From positions 418,311-482,310 of the forward strand of contig JAWQFM010000026.1 in NCBI GenBank assembly GCA_033442325.1: DNA of 64,000 bases, in the 5' to 3' direction. Under the pieces are notes generated by a model. That model was not told the origin of the DNA. It saw only the letters and a program-made list of their open reading frames with translations, and made no database searches. Positions 28,139-47,700 of this stretch are shown here, piece by piece. The stretch's first letter is position 1; every line of letters starts with the position of its first letter. The position numbers and the translations under genes are program-made. This DNA comes from Salpingoeca rosetta (taxonomy: Eukaryota; Protista; Choanoflagellata).

Positions 28139-31100
28139 TCACGCTTCGCTTGCGCCTCCAACGCGTTCGACAGTTTCATAGATTGGGGCGCGGCTCGAAG
28201 AGGAAGTGGAAGCCGCTGGCGAAGGCGGCGGCGGATGTGCTCGCAGAGCTCTCCGTGGCGAGACAACAACACCAGTACTGCTGATGCCACGGCGGCTCAC
28301 ACGAGGCGGCTTTGGCGGCAACGCGCTGACGTCAGTGCTCCTGCGTTCTGGCGGATGGGTTCGTTCACCTGCTTCCATGTCGTACACATCATGTGCCCAC
28401 ACATGCATGGCCTTTGGTTGCTGGGTGCCGCTCTCCGCTTCTGGATTGTTGGAGCTGCTCCTGGGGCTGCTGCTGGTGCTGCTGGCGTGACGAGGAACAG
28501 GAACCTCATACGCTGCTACGGCAGCACCAAAGGCATTGAGAGACACAGGACCAACGAGAGAATATGAGAGATGGGAATGAAGGAAGCGAGGTAAATGCAT
28601 GAATGCATCAAGTGCACCCGCTCATGAACGTCCGCCATCCATGCACACCAGAGGACGTCAGACGTTGTGCGTGGTGGAAACAAAACAAAAAAAAAAAAAA
28701 CAGTTTCAACGGTACAGTGTGCGACTCACAAGAGGGGTCATGTGCAGGTGACGTTGAAAAGGTTGGATTGAGCGTCGTGAACGAGGAGTCCTGTCAAGCA
28801 TATGGTGTGTGTGTGTGTGTGTGTGCACGCGTGAGTATGTGTGTGTGTGTGCATGAGACATACCCGTGAGAGTCGCTGTCATTGCTGACAAGCCTCACAC
28901 AAACAAACACACGCTGCGAGCACGCACAAATGAAGGTACACGTGTTTATGTCTTCAGACATTAGACGTACAGCAGCGGCGAGTCGTGCCTTGCCACCACG
29001 TTCTCGCCGTAGCATCACCAGTGCAACTAACAGCGCCACCTGCCACAGTGTGGTTGTGTGAATTGTGCAGGGTGTGTGGTTGTGATGAGTAAGTCGTGAG
29101 TTTGTGTGTGCGTGAATCGTGCGTGCGTGAGTGAGAGAGTGTGTGAGTGAGAGCACAAACATGCAGTACTACTCCATCAGCCATCACACACACACACACA
29201 CAGACACACACACACACACGCACACAGACACACACACACACACGCACACAGACACACACACACACATACACAGACACACACACGCACACACAGACACACA
29301 CAGACACACGCACCAGGAGGACGCAGCAAAAGAGAGCGAGCGCAATGACGGGGACGGAGACAGAAGATGATGAGGACGAGGCCGGGGACGTGGTTGTGGT
29401 GGTGGCAGCAGATGCCACCTGGATAACATGCGCCTCCAACACGCGAAACCCCGCAGCGCTGTTCTGCATCAGGCTCATGACCAACGCAGACACATCTGCC
29501 CATTCAAGGGAGTGCGGGTCTCGCACTCCAAACTGCACCACCGTCGTCGACGCCATGCTGCCATCGTCCAAGGTCACCACCTCATCATCCTCCACGCTCA
29601 ACACCACCACAAATTCGACATTCAGCGCCTCCTCCAGGTCGCTCTCCAGCTGCTGCACCTCGCCGCCAAAGATGGACTCCGCCGTGCCTGCAAGCACCAG
29701 CCTCACCACTGTATTCACACCATCGGGTCGGGTCAAGGCATCAACCACCACCGTGCGCACCGCGACACCTGTGTTGCCGTTCGCATCCGTCACCGCGTAC
29801 TCAACCTCGTACGTCCCCGCCACGTGCACGTCAATCGCATCGGCCCCACTCACCACCACCTGCGACGTCACGTTGCCGTCGTGCACATCCTGTGCGCTGT
29901 ACCCGGCCTCCACATATCGTGTCGCATACAGCACGTGCACCTCCTCCGCGCCATACAGCGTCACCTCGGGCGGCGTCGTGTCCACCACCACCACCGCCCG
30001 CTGCACACCAACAGCGGCGTTGCCCGCCCGGTCGTGCACGCTGTACTGCAGCACATACACCGTGCCCACCTCCGCCGACGCCACAGCAGCGTCCAGCCCA
30101 AACATGTCCACAGCTGTCGTCCCAGCTGCAGTAGTCGTTGTCGCTGTGCTGCTGCTGCTGCTGCTGTTGTTGCTTGTGTCTGCGGTCATCGGAGTTGTGG
30201 AAGCGGTGAAAGTGGCGGGAGGTGGTGCTGGTGTTGTGGATGCGTTGCGAGCAAGCGAGAGGACGTAGTTGATGGCAGCTTCGCCAATACCGCCAACGTC
30301 GCCTGGCGCAACAACGCCGCTCGCGTCGCGCGTCACAATGCTCACGCCAACGCACACGTCCCCGCTCAGGTCGCCGTCGTGGGCGTCGAGAGCTGTTGCT
30401 CCAGGATCGGCAAATGAGCCTCGATCGTCACCAAACTCCAGCGTCATGACACCACGACCATTGACGCGGAGGAGAGGCGACGAGGGGTCTGCAACCCGCA
30501 CCACGCGCTCCACAAACGCCACGTTGCTCGCTGCGTCCGCCACCGTGTAGTTGATGTGGTACACGGTGCCGCTCGGCGCTCTCGACTCCACCGCGTCCAT
30601 TTGAGGTGAAGACCACACGCGCGGCGACAGCGGCGGCACAAACTCGCGCGCAGACGAATACGCGCACACGGTGGGAACAACAACGCCGGCCTCCTCAAGC
30701 CGCGTCGTCGCCACCACACGCGATCGCACATCACCATCGATGTTATCATATGCACGTGCAACGCCCGGCTCAACCCACGTCACGCCGTCGCCAACCGTCA
30801 CGTCTAAACCACCATTGACGCGCAGGTCTGGCGGTGTCGTGTCAATGACAATCACTGTGCGCTCAACACTCTTGTGTCTGTGTACCGGGTCGGTCACCGT
30901 GTATGTCACAGTAAAGGTCGCAGGCGTCACTGCTGGGGTGCTCATGTAACCACCATCGTCAACAAAGACGGTCAGGTTGGCAGAGTTGAACACGGGGCTG
31001 CTCACGCTGGTGCCAGGGTCAATGTTGCTGAAGTTGCTGCCGGCCTCCACCACAAGTGGCGAATCGCCAATGAGCTCGATATTGGGTGCGTTGGGATCTG

Positions 31101-31964
31101 AGACGGTCACGTAGCGCGTTGCCTTGGCACAGTTGCCGGCCTTGTCGCACGCGTCGTACTCCACCGTGAACACCGCTTCAGCTGCTGAGGCTGGCGTTGT
31201 ATCCACGTTATTGGTAACCACCACCTCCACCCCGCGCCCAATCGCATCCTCCAGCAGGTCCGTTGCTGTTGCTCCTGCATCGACATATTCCGTCCCGGCC
31301 TTGTGCGTGATGTTGTGCTCGCCATTGATGGTGATGGTTGGCGCAATCGTGTCCCGCACCTCAATCACATACACCACCGTCGCCGTGTTGCCCGATGCAT
31401 CCGTCGCCGTGTACGTGAACGTGAACTGCGTGCCATCGTCCACAACCGAGTGGAAGGTCTGCGAACAGGGGGAGTGTTGGGGGAGGGAAGTCGGGGGGAA
31501 TGTGAGTGTCAAGGGAAAAGGGTGCGTGAGACGGGGAGTGAGAAGTGGGAGAAATGGAAGCGATGGAATGGCGCATGACGTGGTTAAGACACAATAGCGA
31601 CAAGGAAGATACAGGAAAAGAGCGACAACGCACCGGCTCTTCATTGCGTCGCACATCGCCGCCGTTGACAGCGGTGTCGAATGTATCAAATGCAGACTGG
31701 CTCGGGAAGATAAACTCTGTTGCCGCCTCGTGGATAACCACGTTGTGTTCCGACACGTTGCGGTCGCCAAAACCAATGGTGATGACCTATGATTGGTTGG
31801 CAATGTGTGACAGGGATTGGTGAGGAAGTGAACAGACAAAAGAGTTGAATGAGAGGCGAGGAGACTCGGAGGCAAGGAGAAACGGAGGCAAGGAGGGAAG
31901 TGAGTGTCCACGCAGATGAAGGCACGCAACACAACACAAACACACTCATGCACACACACACACA

Positions 31965-32029
<65 letters not shown>

Positions 32030-34700
32030 ACAGACACACTCACTGGGGGAAGGGTGTCGACGACGGCTGCTGTGCGTGTGGTGGGCGGCGCCTCGTTGTT
32101 GTTCGAGTCGGGTGCAGACAACGTGTACACCACCTCGTACATGCCCAGCGTGTTCACGTTCACGTCGCTGGCATCGTATTCCAGCAGGTCGATGCCCAGT
32201 GGTCCGTCCACGCGGTCCACGATGGAAACGCCGGCCGTGAAATTGCTGCGCATCACCTCCTCCCCGGCCTCCAGCTGCAGCACTGCAGGGTCAAATGTGA
32301 TGGCGGGCCCTGTCGTGTCCACGACTTCCACGGTGATGTCACGTGTTGCCGTGTTCATGTTCGCATCCGTCGCCGTGTACGTCAGCATCTGGTCAGACCC
32401 CACAGTGCCTGTGCGTGTGTATTGTGTGTGTGTGTGTGTGTTGTGTGTTGTGTATGTGAATGTGAGTGTGAGTGGTGCATTTTGCGTGAGAACAACATGC
32501 AACAAGATGCAGTGCAAACCAAGATGCGAGTGTTCAACCGCACCCAGAAGGGCACCACATCCATTCATGGCATTCACACACTCACTCGTGTCAATATCGT
32601 CGATGTTGGGTGGTGGCGTCTTCGTCACGGTGCCAGCCGCCGTGTCTGTCGCCGTGAAGATCGGGGGATCAAAGGCAAACGTGGCCTCGACCACATATGT
32701 GTCTTGAATTTCCTCCTTGTTGTCTGGTCGCCGCAGCACGATGATGGGCTTTGCAATGTCTGCAGTGAAATACATGGCGGTTGGGTGAGAAGAAAGCAAA
32801 AGCGTGCTTGCAGGCAAGCGAAGGTGTCACCATACAAGCAGTTGGTATCTTCACACGCCATCAGCACCTTTGCATGTGCGGTCGCTTGTTGGTGTGCAAT
32901 CCTGGTCATTGATATATCCAGGATCGCACTCATTGCACACCATGCAGCTGCTTTGTCCTTCGTCCGATTGAAACGTGTCGTCAGCACACGCCTCGCATTC
33001 CGTGAGCCTGTGGCCGGTATCGGCACGGAACTTGCCTGCAGGCAATGCACAAGATGAGAAGCACGACCTAGTGTGAGTGGCATGCGAGGGAAGAAGAAAG
33101 CAATCACAGGGTGCAACAGAGACGTAAACACAGCGGCAAAGAGACACGAGAAGCACAGGTGCAACCCACCTGCTTCGCATAGTTCACACGTGCGGTCCTC
33201 CATCGTGGTTCCAGTGACGAACTTGGTTCCTGCATCACACGTGCTGTATGTGATGCAGTCTGTCAGAAAACGTGCGGAGGGAGAAAGACGGATGTGAGTA
33301 AGATGTGCACGAGGTGTTGAAGGTGGGGACACACAGCAAGCAAGTCTGCTGACATCGCCACTGGTGCAGCTCATCACCAGCACCACCTTGCCCCGCACCT
33401 TTCTCGCCAGAGCTGCCCTGGTATTTGCCTGCACCACACGCCTTGCACTCTGTTTGTCCGCGCTCGTCTTGGTGCTGGCCAGGGTCACACGGCTTGCAGT
33501 CCTGCTGGTTCGTGCCATCCTGGTAGTGCCCGTAATCGCACATTGCACACAAGCGGTCGTTGCTGGCTGTCGGTTCCGTGGTCACCTCATATCCCGGGCC
33601 ACACGTGGACCACGAGGTACACGAGGTGTCCTGGTGCGAAGTCTTGGACTGGTAGTGAACTGCACATGAGGTGAATGAGTGTGAGGGAGGGAGGAGGGAG
33701 TGAGTGAGAGTGAGTGAGTGAGTGAGTGGGTGAGTGAGTGACAGTGCTTGTGCAAAGAGCAGCGGACTTCATCAACAAATGCAACAACAGCACAACCCAA
33801 CATCATGCATGGCACAAGCGCGTGCACACTGTATGATCACGGTGCCCCATGTTCACCCTTGTTGCTGTCTTCGACTCACGTGTACTGCACGGCGAGCACG
33901 TTGCATCCTCTGTGGATGATCCCGTTGTCCACTTCTCGCCCTGGCTGCACATTGTCCAGTCCTTGCAGTCTGGAGTGACATTCAAGAGGGAGTGGGAGAA
34001 GAAGAGGAGGAATGAGGCGAGGAGGACATGAGGGAAGCGCACGACAAGGCTAACAACACAAGACATGAGCGACGCGCTGCATCGGCATCGAGTCAGTTCA
34101 ACATACCTGTTTGGCCAGAGGCATCTTGGTATTTGCCAGCGCCACAGCTCTTGCAGTTGTCTGCGTTCATGGTGTCGCTGAATGTGCCGGCATCACACTT
34201 GTCGCAAGTCCTGTCTGATGAGGAGGTGGGGTCGGCGGTCACGTAGTAGCCGCTGCTGCATGTGGTCCAGGCGTCACACGACGTGTCCTGGTGGGAGGTC
34301 TTGGATTGGTACTCCTCTGAAGGGTAAGAGGAACAGTGTCGGCGAGAAGGGGGGGGGGAGGGATAAGGTGGCGTGTGAATGGGAAGAAGATACTGCACCA
34401 CCACACAACGCTGCAGTCATTACCAGTTTGTTCTCCTCATTGCAATTGCAGGATTTGCTGCTTACGTGATCCGCATGGCAAGCACGATGCGTCCTCTGTA
34501 GTCGATCCAGATATCCACTTCTCGCCCTGTCCGCAGGTCTTCCAGGCCTCGCAGCCTACATGACAAGGTGTGAGTTTGGGTAGTGACACAGTGTGAGGAA
34601 AGCAGACACAAACATGTGAGTAAGAAGGGGATGGTGCTGGTTCCGCTTGCTCACAATCAGAGATCGAGAGAGACACGAGATGCAAGCAGTCGAGTGCTAT

Positions 34701-34735
<35 letters not shown>

Positions 34736-34940
34736 ATGATGGCACTCACTTGAGGCGCCGCTGCCAGGTTGGAACTCCCCAGTGGGGCAACCTTTGCACG
34801 ACTTTTCCTGGTGGCCGGTCTCGTCTTGGTACTTGCCTGGTGGGAGGGGAGCGATCCAGAAGATGGGGCGGGGGTTGAGGAATGAGAAGATGTGGACATG
34901 AACCACACGAATGTCAGGAGGGAACGACGACGACGACACA

Positions 34941-35028
<88 letters not shown>

Positions 35029-36017
35029 GCACGCACGCACCTGATTGCCCTTCCTCGTTCTGGTATTTGCCACCGGGACAGTTTCTGCAGCTTGGCTGGT
35101 TGGTCAAGGCTGTGTATTTGCCTGGTTCGCACAACCCACACTCCCGATCCTGTTTCGTGTTGGGCTCCTGCGTCACGTACTTCCCAGCCTCGCACGTGGA
35201 GTAGTCGTAGCAGTCCTCGTTGCGGTGACCAGTCTTGTCCTGATACTTGCCTGATGATGGCGTGATCATGTCGTTAGACACGCGACGATGTGTGAGCAAA
35301 AGATGAAAGCAGTGCATTCTTCGCTGCAGGCAATACAAGGTGGTGATGCAGCGCTGCACACGGTGTCACTCACCAAATTGGCAGCCTGGGCAGGTGGCCT
35401 GATCGCTGCTTGACGCTTGAAACCATCGTTCGCCCTTGTCGCACCGAATGGTCTCGCTGCACGCTTCATTACCGGCGGAGGACTTGTAGAAATGAAACCC
35501 ACACTCAACGCAATCGTCACCCGTGTAGCCATACCCTACAAAGTCACACACACACACACACACCATTTCGCTTCAAGTGAGCCACCACACCCTCACTAAC
35601 ACCAAACAGCACCCACCCGCGCATCCTAAAGCTGTCCGCAAGCATGATGACACAAGTCACAACCCCGAATTACAGACTTACACCCCATACCTGCGGCGCA
35701 CACGCACGAGCCGCTCTGGCACACCTCGCTCCCATCCTGAGCACAGTCTTGTCCTCCTCCTCCTCCTCCGGTGTTGCACATCTCGCCGACGGCGCCTGTG
35801 CCCCAACAAAACGAGGGCACACGGACACATGCAGTTTGCTGTGAATGTGCCCTCTACCTCTCAACCTCTCAACCTTCTCAACAGCAGCGCGTTTCACACG
35901 GACGAACACAAGCACTACCAACAAAACTCGCCACCCACCTGCACATTGCAGCATTGTCAGGGCGTGGACGCACACGACGACCACGGCCGCGGAGAAGGAG
36001 AGCAAGGCCGCCTTCAT
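28139..36017 (-). CDS. Single-pass cell-surface protein: signal peptide, EGF-like and TNFR/GCC2-GCC3-like Cys repeats, several DUF5011/HYR-like Ig domains, TM helix, Tyr-motif tail; about 17 exons
   Basis: Signal MKAALLSFSAAVVVVCVHALT at 36017. Cys repeats (CEAGKYVTQEPNTKQDRECGLCEPGKY; CGAGKYQDASGQT) at about 35800-32860. DTTPP/DTIAP...G.TA.D..DG...Y.V.D..GN..R.V.V repeats at about 32760-29740. TM VPVIALALFCCVLL/VALLVALVMLRR. Tail exons at about 28790-28730 and 28517-28139. Confidence 0.85.
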
Positions 36018-36060
36018 TAGCCGCCCCTTCTGCCGACGACAGCAGGACACTTGCGCCATT

Positions 36061-36102
<42 letters not shown>

Positions 36103-36365
36103 TGGATTTGAGGGTTCTTCGTCTGCGGAAGAAATCACCGCACGCCACTTTTGCAATCCCAACACGACCACGTGTTGTTTGTTGGTGTTGGTTGTTGCTG
36201 CCCCTCTTGCTCGCTCGCAGAGCTTCACGTGTCACTGTGCTTCTGTTGAGACGTCATTTGAGTGTGTTGTTTACTCATTGCATGACCCAAGGCAAACCAA
36301 ACCAAAACACGCGCGAAACCAAAACACGAAAACAAAACGCCAAAGCAGCGTGCAATCGCACACCC

Positions 36366-36407
<42 letters not shown>

Positions 36408-36442
36408 CACAAGTACACATACACACACGTGTATGCACACGC

Positions 36443-36715
36443 CTATCGCTGGCCAAAGCAGATGAAGCCAAGGACGCCGAACATGCAGGGGACCTCTTTG
36501 TCTGGTGGGAGTGCGCTGCGGCAGTCGAGGCAGCAGGTGACCTCTTGCGACTTGCAGCACGTGGTGGGCTGGACCAGCTCGCACTCGGCTTTGGTTTTGA
36601 TGCACAGGCAAACGCTTTTCTCCGCGCACGCGGGCTCAAAGTCCTTCAGCCCGCACAGGCTGCAGAAGCACGCCGTCAGCAGCTTCAGGTCCTTCACGCT
36701 CGTGTCCAGCGACAT
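36443..36715 (-). CDS. Small cysteine-rich protein, 90 aa, single coding exon
   Basis: aaacATG start, GC3-rich codons. MSLDTSVKDLKLLTACFCSLCG...CCKSQEVTCCLDCRSALPPDKEVPCMFGVLGFICFGQR; 14 Cys, no signal peptide. Confidence 0.75.
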   Translation of the reverse strand: MSLDTSVKDLKLLTACFCSLCGLKDFEPACAEKSVCLCIKTKAECELVQPTTCCKSQEVTCCLDCRSALPPDKEVPCMFGVLGFICFGQR

Positions 36716-37196
36716 GTTTGGCTGTTTGGTGTGGTGTGGTGTGGTTTGGTGTGCTTGCAGGCAGGTCGCGGAGTGGAAATGCAAACAACCCCCCCCCCCA
36801 AAACAAGAACACACACGTTTTTGCGGTGCTGTCCTGCTTGCTCACTGCCAACAACGACCAGCAGCAACCAGGCGCCCAGCAGACCCACGACCCAGCAACT
36901 GAGCTCCTGTATCGCAATGTGCTGTTTTAAGAGCATCGGCAAGCACGACCAATGATGGCAGTGCCCAAGAACGCACGCTTGTCAACGAGCAACCCTGCTT
37001 CCTTGCTTCATTTCCTGACAGCCTTCCCTCGTCTTCCCTCGTCTTGCTCGCTTCCAGGCTTCCTCCTCTCGCTTGCTTGGATTTCAACTGCCGGCGGCTG
37101 GCAATGTGATGGTGGGACATCCATGCATGCCGTTGACGTCACCCTCGTTCATCAAATGACACGCGCCCGCCGACCAACATGAGTGACACACACACA

Positions 37197-37268
<72 letters not shown>

Positions 37269-38172
37269 GCCAACTCATCAACTGCACGCGTTCAAACCGC
37301 TCTTTGGCTGGGAACCCTGTTGCGTGCACACGCCTTTCGCTCGTGCTTCCCATCCTTTGTTCATGAAGCCTGAGGTGAAGTTCTTGCACCTGCGTTCCGC
37401 TGCAACGTTCCTCCTTCCTCTGCTTGTTGCGGTTTGTCGTGTCCTCCCCCCCCCCCCCCCCCAGTTTCCCTCTTTGTCGTTGGCAACCAAACAGCCCCAA
37501 CCCACCTCGCACACTCTTCCTCCCTCATTCACTCACGCGCACACACGCATGTACTGTACAGGCACGCACTCTTTATTTCTGCTTCCATGTGCCAAAACCA
37601 ACACCTCGCCGAGCTGGGCACAAGGAGTTCGTGCCGGAGTTCACACAGACAGCACACGCGTCCCTGCCACCTAGACCTACAGGCATGGGTACGGTATGTG
37701 TGCGTGCACTCCCCAAACACACACACGCACGAGTGCTGGTCATGGGTGCTTGCGGGTTGGGCGGAGCGCCGCGTTCACCTGTTCACAGCGAGCCTGGGAA
37801 GATCTGCGCACGCTCGTTTTTGTTGTGTGTGCGGGGTCTGTGTTTCATTTTCTCCGTTCTCAGCTGGACCTGAACGTACATGCGCAGCATAAGCACACAT
37901 AGACGCTAGGCTCACCATCAACGTCCTCCATACACTCAACTAGGCGGCTTCTGCCTCTCTCTCTCTCTCCACCCTCTCTCGTTTCAGCTGCGGGCGGAGC
38001 CCTTCTGTACCGGATAGCCGTGTGCCCTCACTCGCACCCCACCCCCCACCCTGATACAACCAACCTAGTTAACATTGGTGCGACAGCCCCCAACTCTCTG
38101 GTTTGAGGTGCGAGGCGATCCCTTGCCAAGGCGGCCGCCTTCCTCTGTACCACATTCCCCTTTCCCGCTTCC

Positions 38173-44211
<6,039 letters not shown>

Positions 44212-44221
44212 AATCACAGCG

Positions 44222-44298
<77 letters not shown>

Positions 44299-44757
44299 GT
44301 GTGTGCGTGTGTGTGTGCGTGTGTGTGTGCGTGTGTGCGTTGTGAGTGACATGACGTGCTCGGTCCTGTTCTTCGTGTTTGCATGTACATTGTTGTTTGC
44401 TGTTTTCTGGAAACACTGCCCGTGCCCCTATTGTTAACCACGTCGTTTGTTTGTTTGTTGCTTTGTTTGCTCATTCGGTTGCGGCTCTTTGCATCGTCGC
44501 CTTCAATACATTGCAAAAGTCACAGCGGTATCAGAACGAACAAAGAAGAAAATAACAGAAACGAACAGCGCTTCGAAGAAAGGAAACCAATGCGACGGTT
44601 AACAAGTAACAACGCCGTCCCATGTAACAAAGGGCACACGTGCATGCACACACAAGCACACAGGCACACGCGGTGGCAAAATCCAACACACACACACATA
44701 CACACACATACACACACATACACACACATACACACACTCACACCACCACCACGACGA

Positions 44758-47700
44758 CTACAACAACGACACACGTTTCAAGCGCTCCTCCAGCTCTGCG
44801 AATGTTGGGCGCTGTTCCGGGTCTTGCGTCATGCACTGCTCGGCCAAGTTTGTGTACCAAAGCGGCGCCGGGTCCACTGTGGAAGTGTTGGAATGGGGAG
44901 ATCATGATCACAGGTGTAGAACGTGAGAAGGCACACGGACGGAGGAAGGAAACAACGGAACGCCAAATTGCGGTAATACACAGACAACAACAAGCACGCA
45001 CGCACAACTTACACAGCATGCATGCAAGCAGGCACGCACAAGCAAGCAAACCAAACCCAAACCACAACGAAAATAAAACGGTCACAACATACATACCTGC
45101 GGTGCTGCGCTTTGGGAACTTGAGCCGCTTGCCCGCTTTGAGGATTGATGAGAGGGCACCCATCATGGGGCCCGAAAAGTCACTGCCAAGCTCCTGCTCA
45201 ATGATGTCTGGCGTGCGCTCCATCTCAATCTCCCACAACAGCACACCGTAACTGAACACGTCCGCCTTGCCGTCGTAGCTGTGGTACTGCAGCACCTCGG
45301 GCGCCATGTACAGCGGCGTGCCGACACCAGACGTCAGCTGCAGCGTTGTGCAGCCAATCTCCTTGGTGTAGCACAGCTCGTTCTCATCCACAACACCGCC
45401 ACTCCCTCCCGCCGAGTCCATCCACGCGTTTCGCGCGCGCCCGTCACCACTGCTGCGACTGCCGCTGCCTCTGCTGCCGCTGCTGCTGGTGGTGCCGGTG
45501 TTTGCCAGCGGTTTGCCAGCAGTGATGCGCTGCGTGATGGTGCCGAAATCCGTGATCTTCGCACGAAGCGCAGTGGAAATGAGAACGTTTCCGCTCTTCA
45601 AATCCCTGTGGTGTGCGCGCGTGTGAGTGTGTGAATGCAGGTGTGTGCGCGCGTGTGGGTGCGTGTGTAGGTGTGGGAGTGTGTGAGTGTGTGAATGCAG
45701 GTGTGTGTGTGTGTGTGTAGATGTGTGAGTGTGTGAATGCGTGTGAACATAACTCCCCCCCCCCCCACACACACACACACACTCAAACAAAGGAGGTGGA
45801 GAGTGTAACATACCGCAAACCACCCATGTTCTCGTCCAGCCCCCAAAATCGCAAACACCCCCACTCACAAATTAACACACCTGTGCAGCTGTCCCAGGCT
45901 GTGGATAAAGGCCATGCCGGACGCCACGTCCTGTGCCCAGCGCTTCTTCAGGCCGTGGACCGTCTGCACGCGCACACGATTCACGGTGCGCCGCCGCCCA
46001 TGCAGTTGCGATGTTGCTGATGACAACGACGACACGGATGTGCGCTCCGACACGTCGCCCGTGGACCAGTCATCGGCACACTTGTTGTAACTGCTGCCAG
46101 CATCCACATCAACGCCATTGCTAACAAACACAGACTCAAGCATCGTACCATCGTCATCCTCATCCTCATCATCACGACTGACACCAAGGCCAGCGCCAGC
46201 AACAGGGACGAGGGGGCCACTCGCCGGCGCAGTGCTGGCATCGTCATCCTCCACAGACGGCAGCGCCTGCCCATACTTGGCCAGCACGTCCTGCACGCTG
46301 CCCTCTTCCAGGATCTGGCGGAGTGAGCCGAGTGCAACGTACTCCAGCACCAGGAACGGGGCGCCCGTGTCAATGTCGCGACCGGCGCCGAAGAACCGCA
46401 CCAGGTTGATGTGGCGCGTGCGCTGCAGAAACTCCACCTCCTTCTCCAGTTCCCGCATGGTCGAGTCATCAAACTCCAACAAGCCCGGCCGCACTATCTT
46501 CACTGCCACGCGCACCGCGTCCCACGTCGCCTCCCACACCTCTCCGCACGCGCCCGTGGCCATCACCCGCAGCAGGTCAAGCTCGTGCATGTCAATCTGA
46601 CGCGCAGCCTTCAGCTCCAGCACCTCCGCATCCTTCTCCGACAGCAGCTGCATCTTCAGGTCATCGTGCGCCTTCAGCCGACGGCGCCACTGCCGCTGCC
46701 GGTACACGAGAAACGCAGCGCCCTGCACGAGCGCGGCAACCAGCACGGTCAACAGCACAGCCAGCGTCACGTCCTGTGACTTGCGCGAGCACGTGCCTTC
46801 CATTGAGGACATTGAATATCCAGTCGCACACCCGCACTCAAACCGGTACGCCAGCCTGCGGCCTTGCATGTGCACATTTCCAACCATGCGCACGCGCCTC
46901 GACTCAAGGTGCAGCTGACACTCCACAGGTGCGCCTGTTAGCTGCAGGATGGGGATGGTGCGGCGGTAGTCGAGCTGGATAAAGTCAAGCGTGAACCCTG
47001 GCTCGGTCCCGGTCAGAATGGGCCCAAGGAACGTCTTCTCCAGGTCCTGTGGCCTGTTGATCCAGTCGTTGTTGCTCAGATCCAACACGCCCACGTCACT
47101 GAAGGTCAAGCACCGCAGAATCAGCTGCTGAAACGGCCCGTTGCCGTCACGGTCGCGGCTGCTGTGGCTGTTGCTGTTGCGTGGCGCTTTCTTGGCAGCA
47201 TCTCTCGGGGCAAACCACTTCTGCGCCACGAGCATGCGCGAGCCGAGCTCTCGGCACAGGGCGCGGGTCGGGGGCACACGCGTCTCGCTGATGTCGAGCA
47301 CCTTTGCGCTGGGCACGCGAAGCGTGGTGAGGCTGGTGCAGCCAGAGACGTTGAGGTGCTGTACATCGGAGTACACGCTCAACGTCTGGAGGTGCTTGTT
47401 GTTGTCCAAGATGAGAAAGTTGAAGACGTGGTCAGGGCACAGGTCCATGGTCTTGTAGGCGGTGCCTTTGAGGCCAAAGTAGGCGACAGTGTGGTGGAGA
47501 ACCTTGCAGACGTGCTCCAAGCGCAGGTTCGTCTCATCCATGCCCTCCCAGCCAAGCTGCAGTGCATGAAGATTCAGGTCGGGCAAGAAATCTGTGCCCA
47601 GCACGCGCACGTCCACGTTCTCGGCAATGATGGTGTGCAGTGGCGCTGTGATGAACCCTTGGTGTGGATTCTTCGGCGCCACGAGCCTGGACCCGCCTTC

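Noticed and set aside
36950-37900. Possible small minus-strand exons between the Cys protein and the tyrosinase
   Set aside because: Splice-like sites exist, but I could not build a consistent reading frame; this may be UTR.
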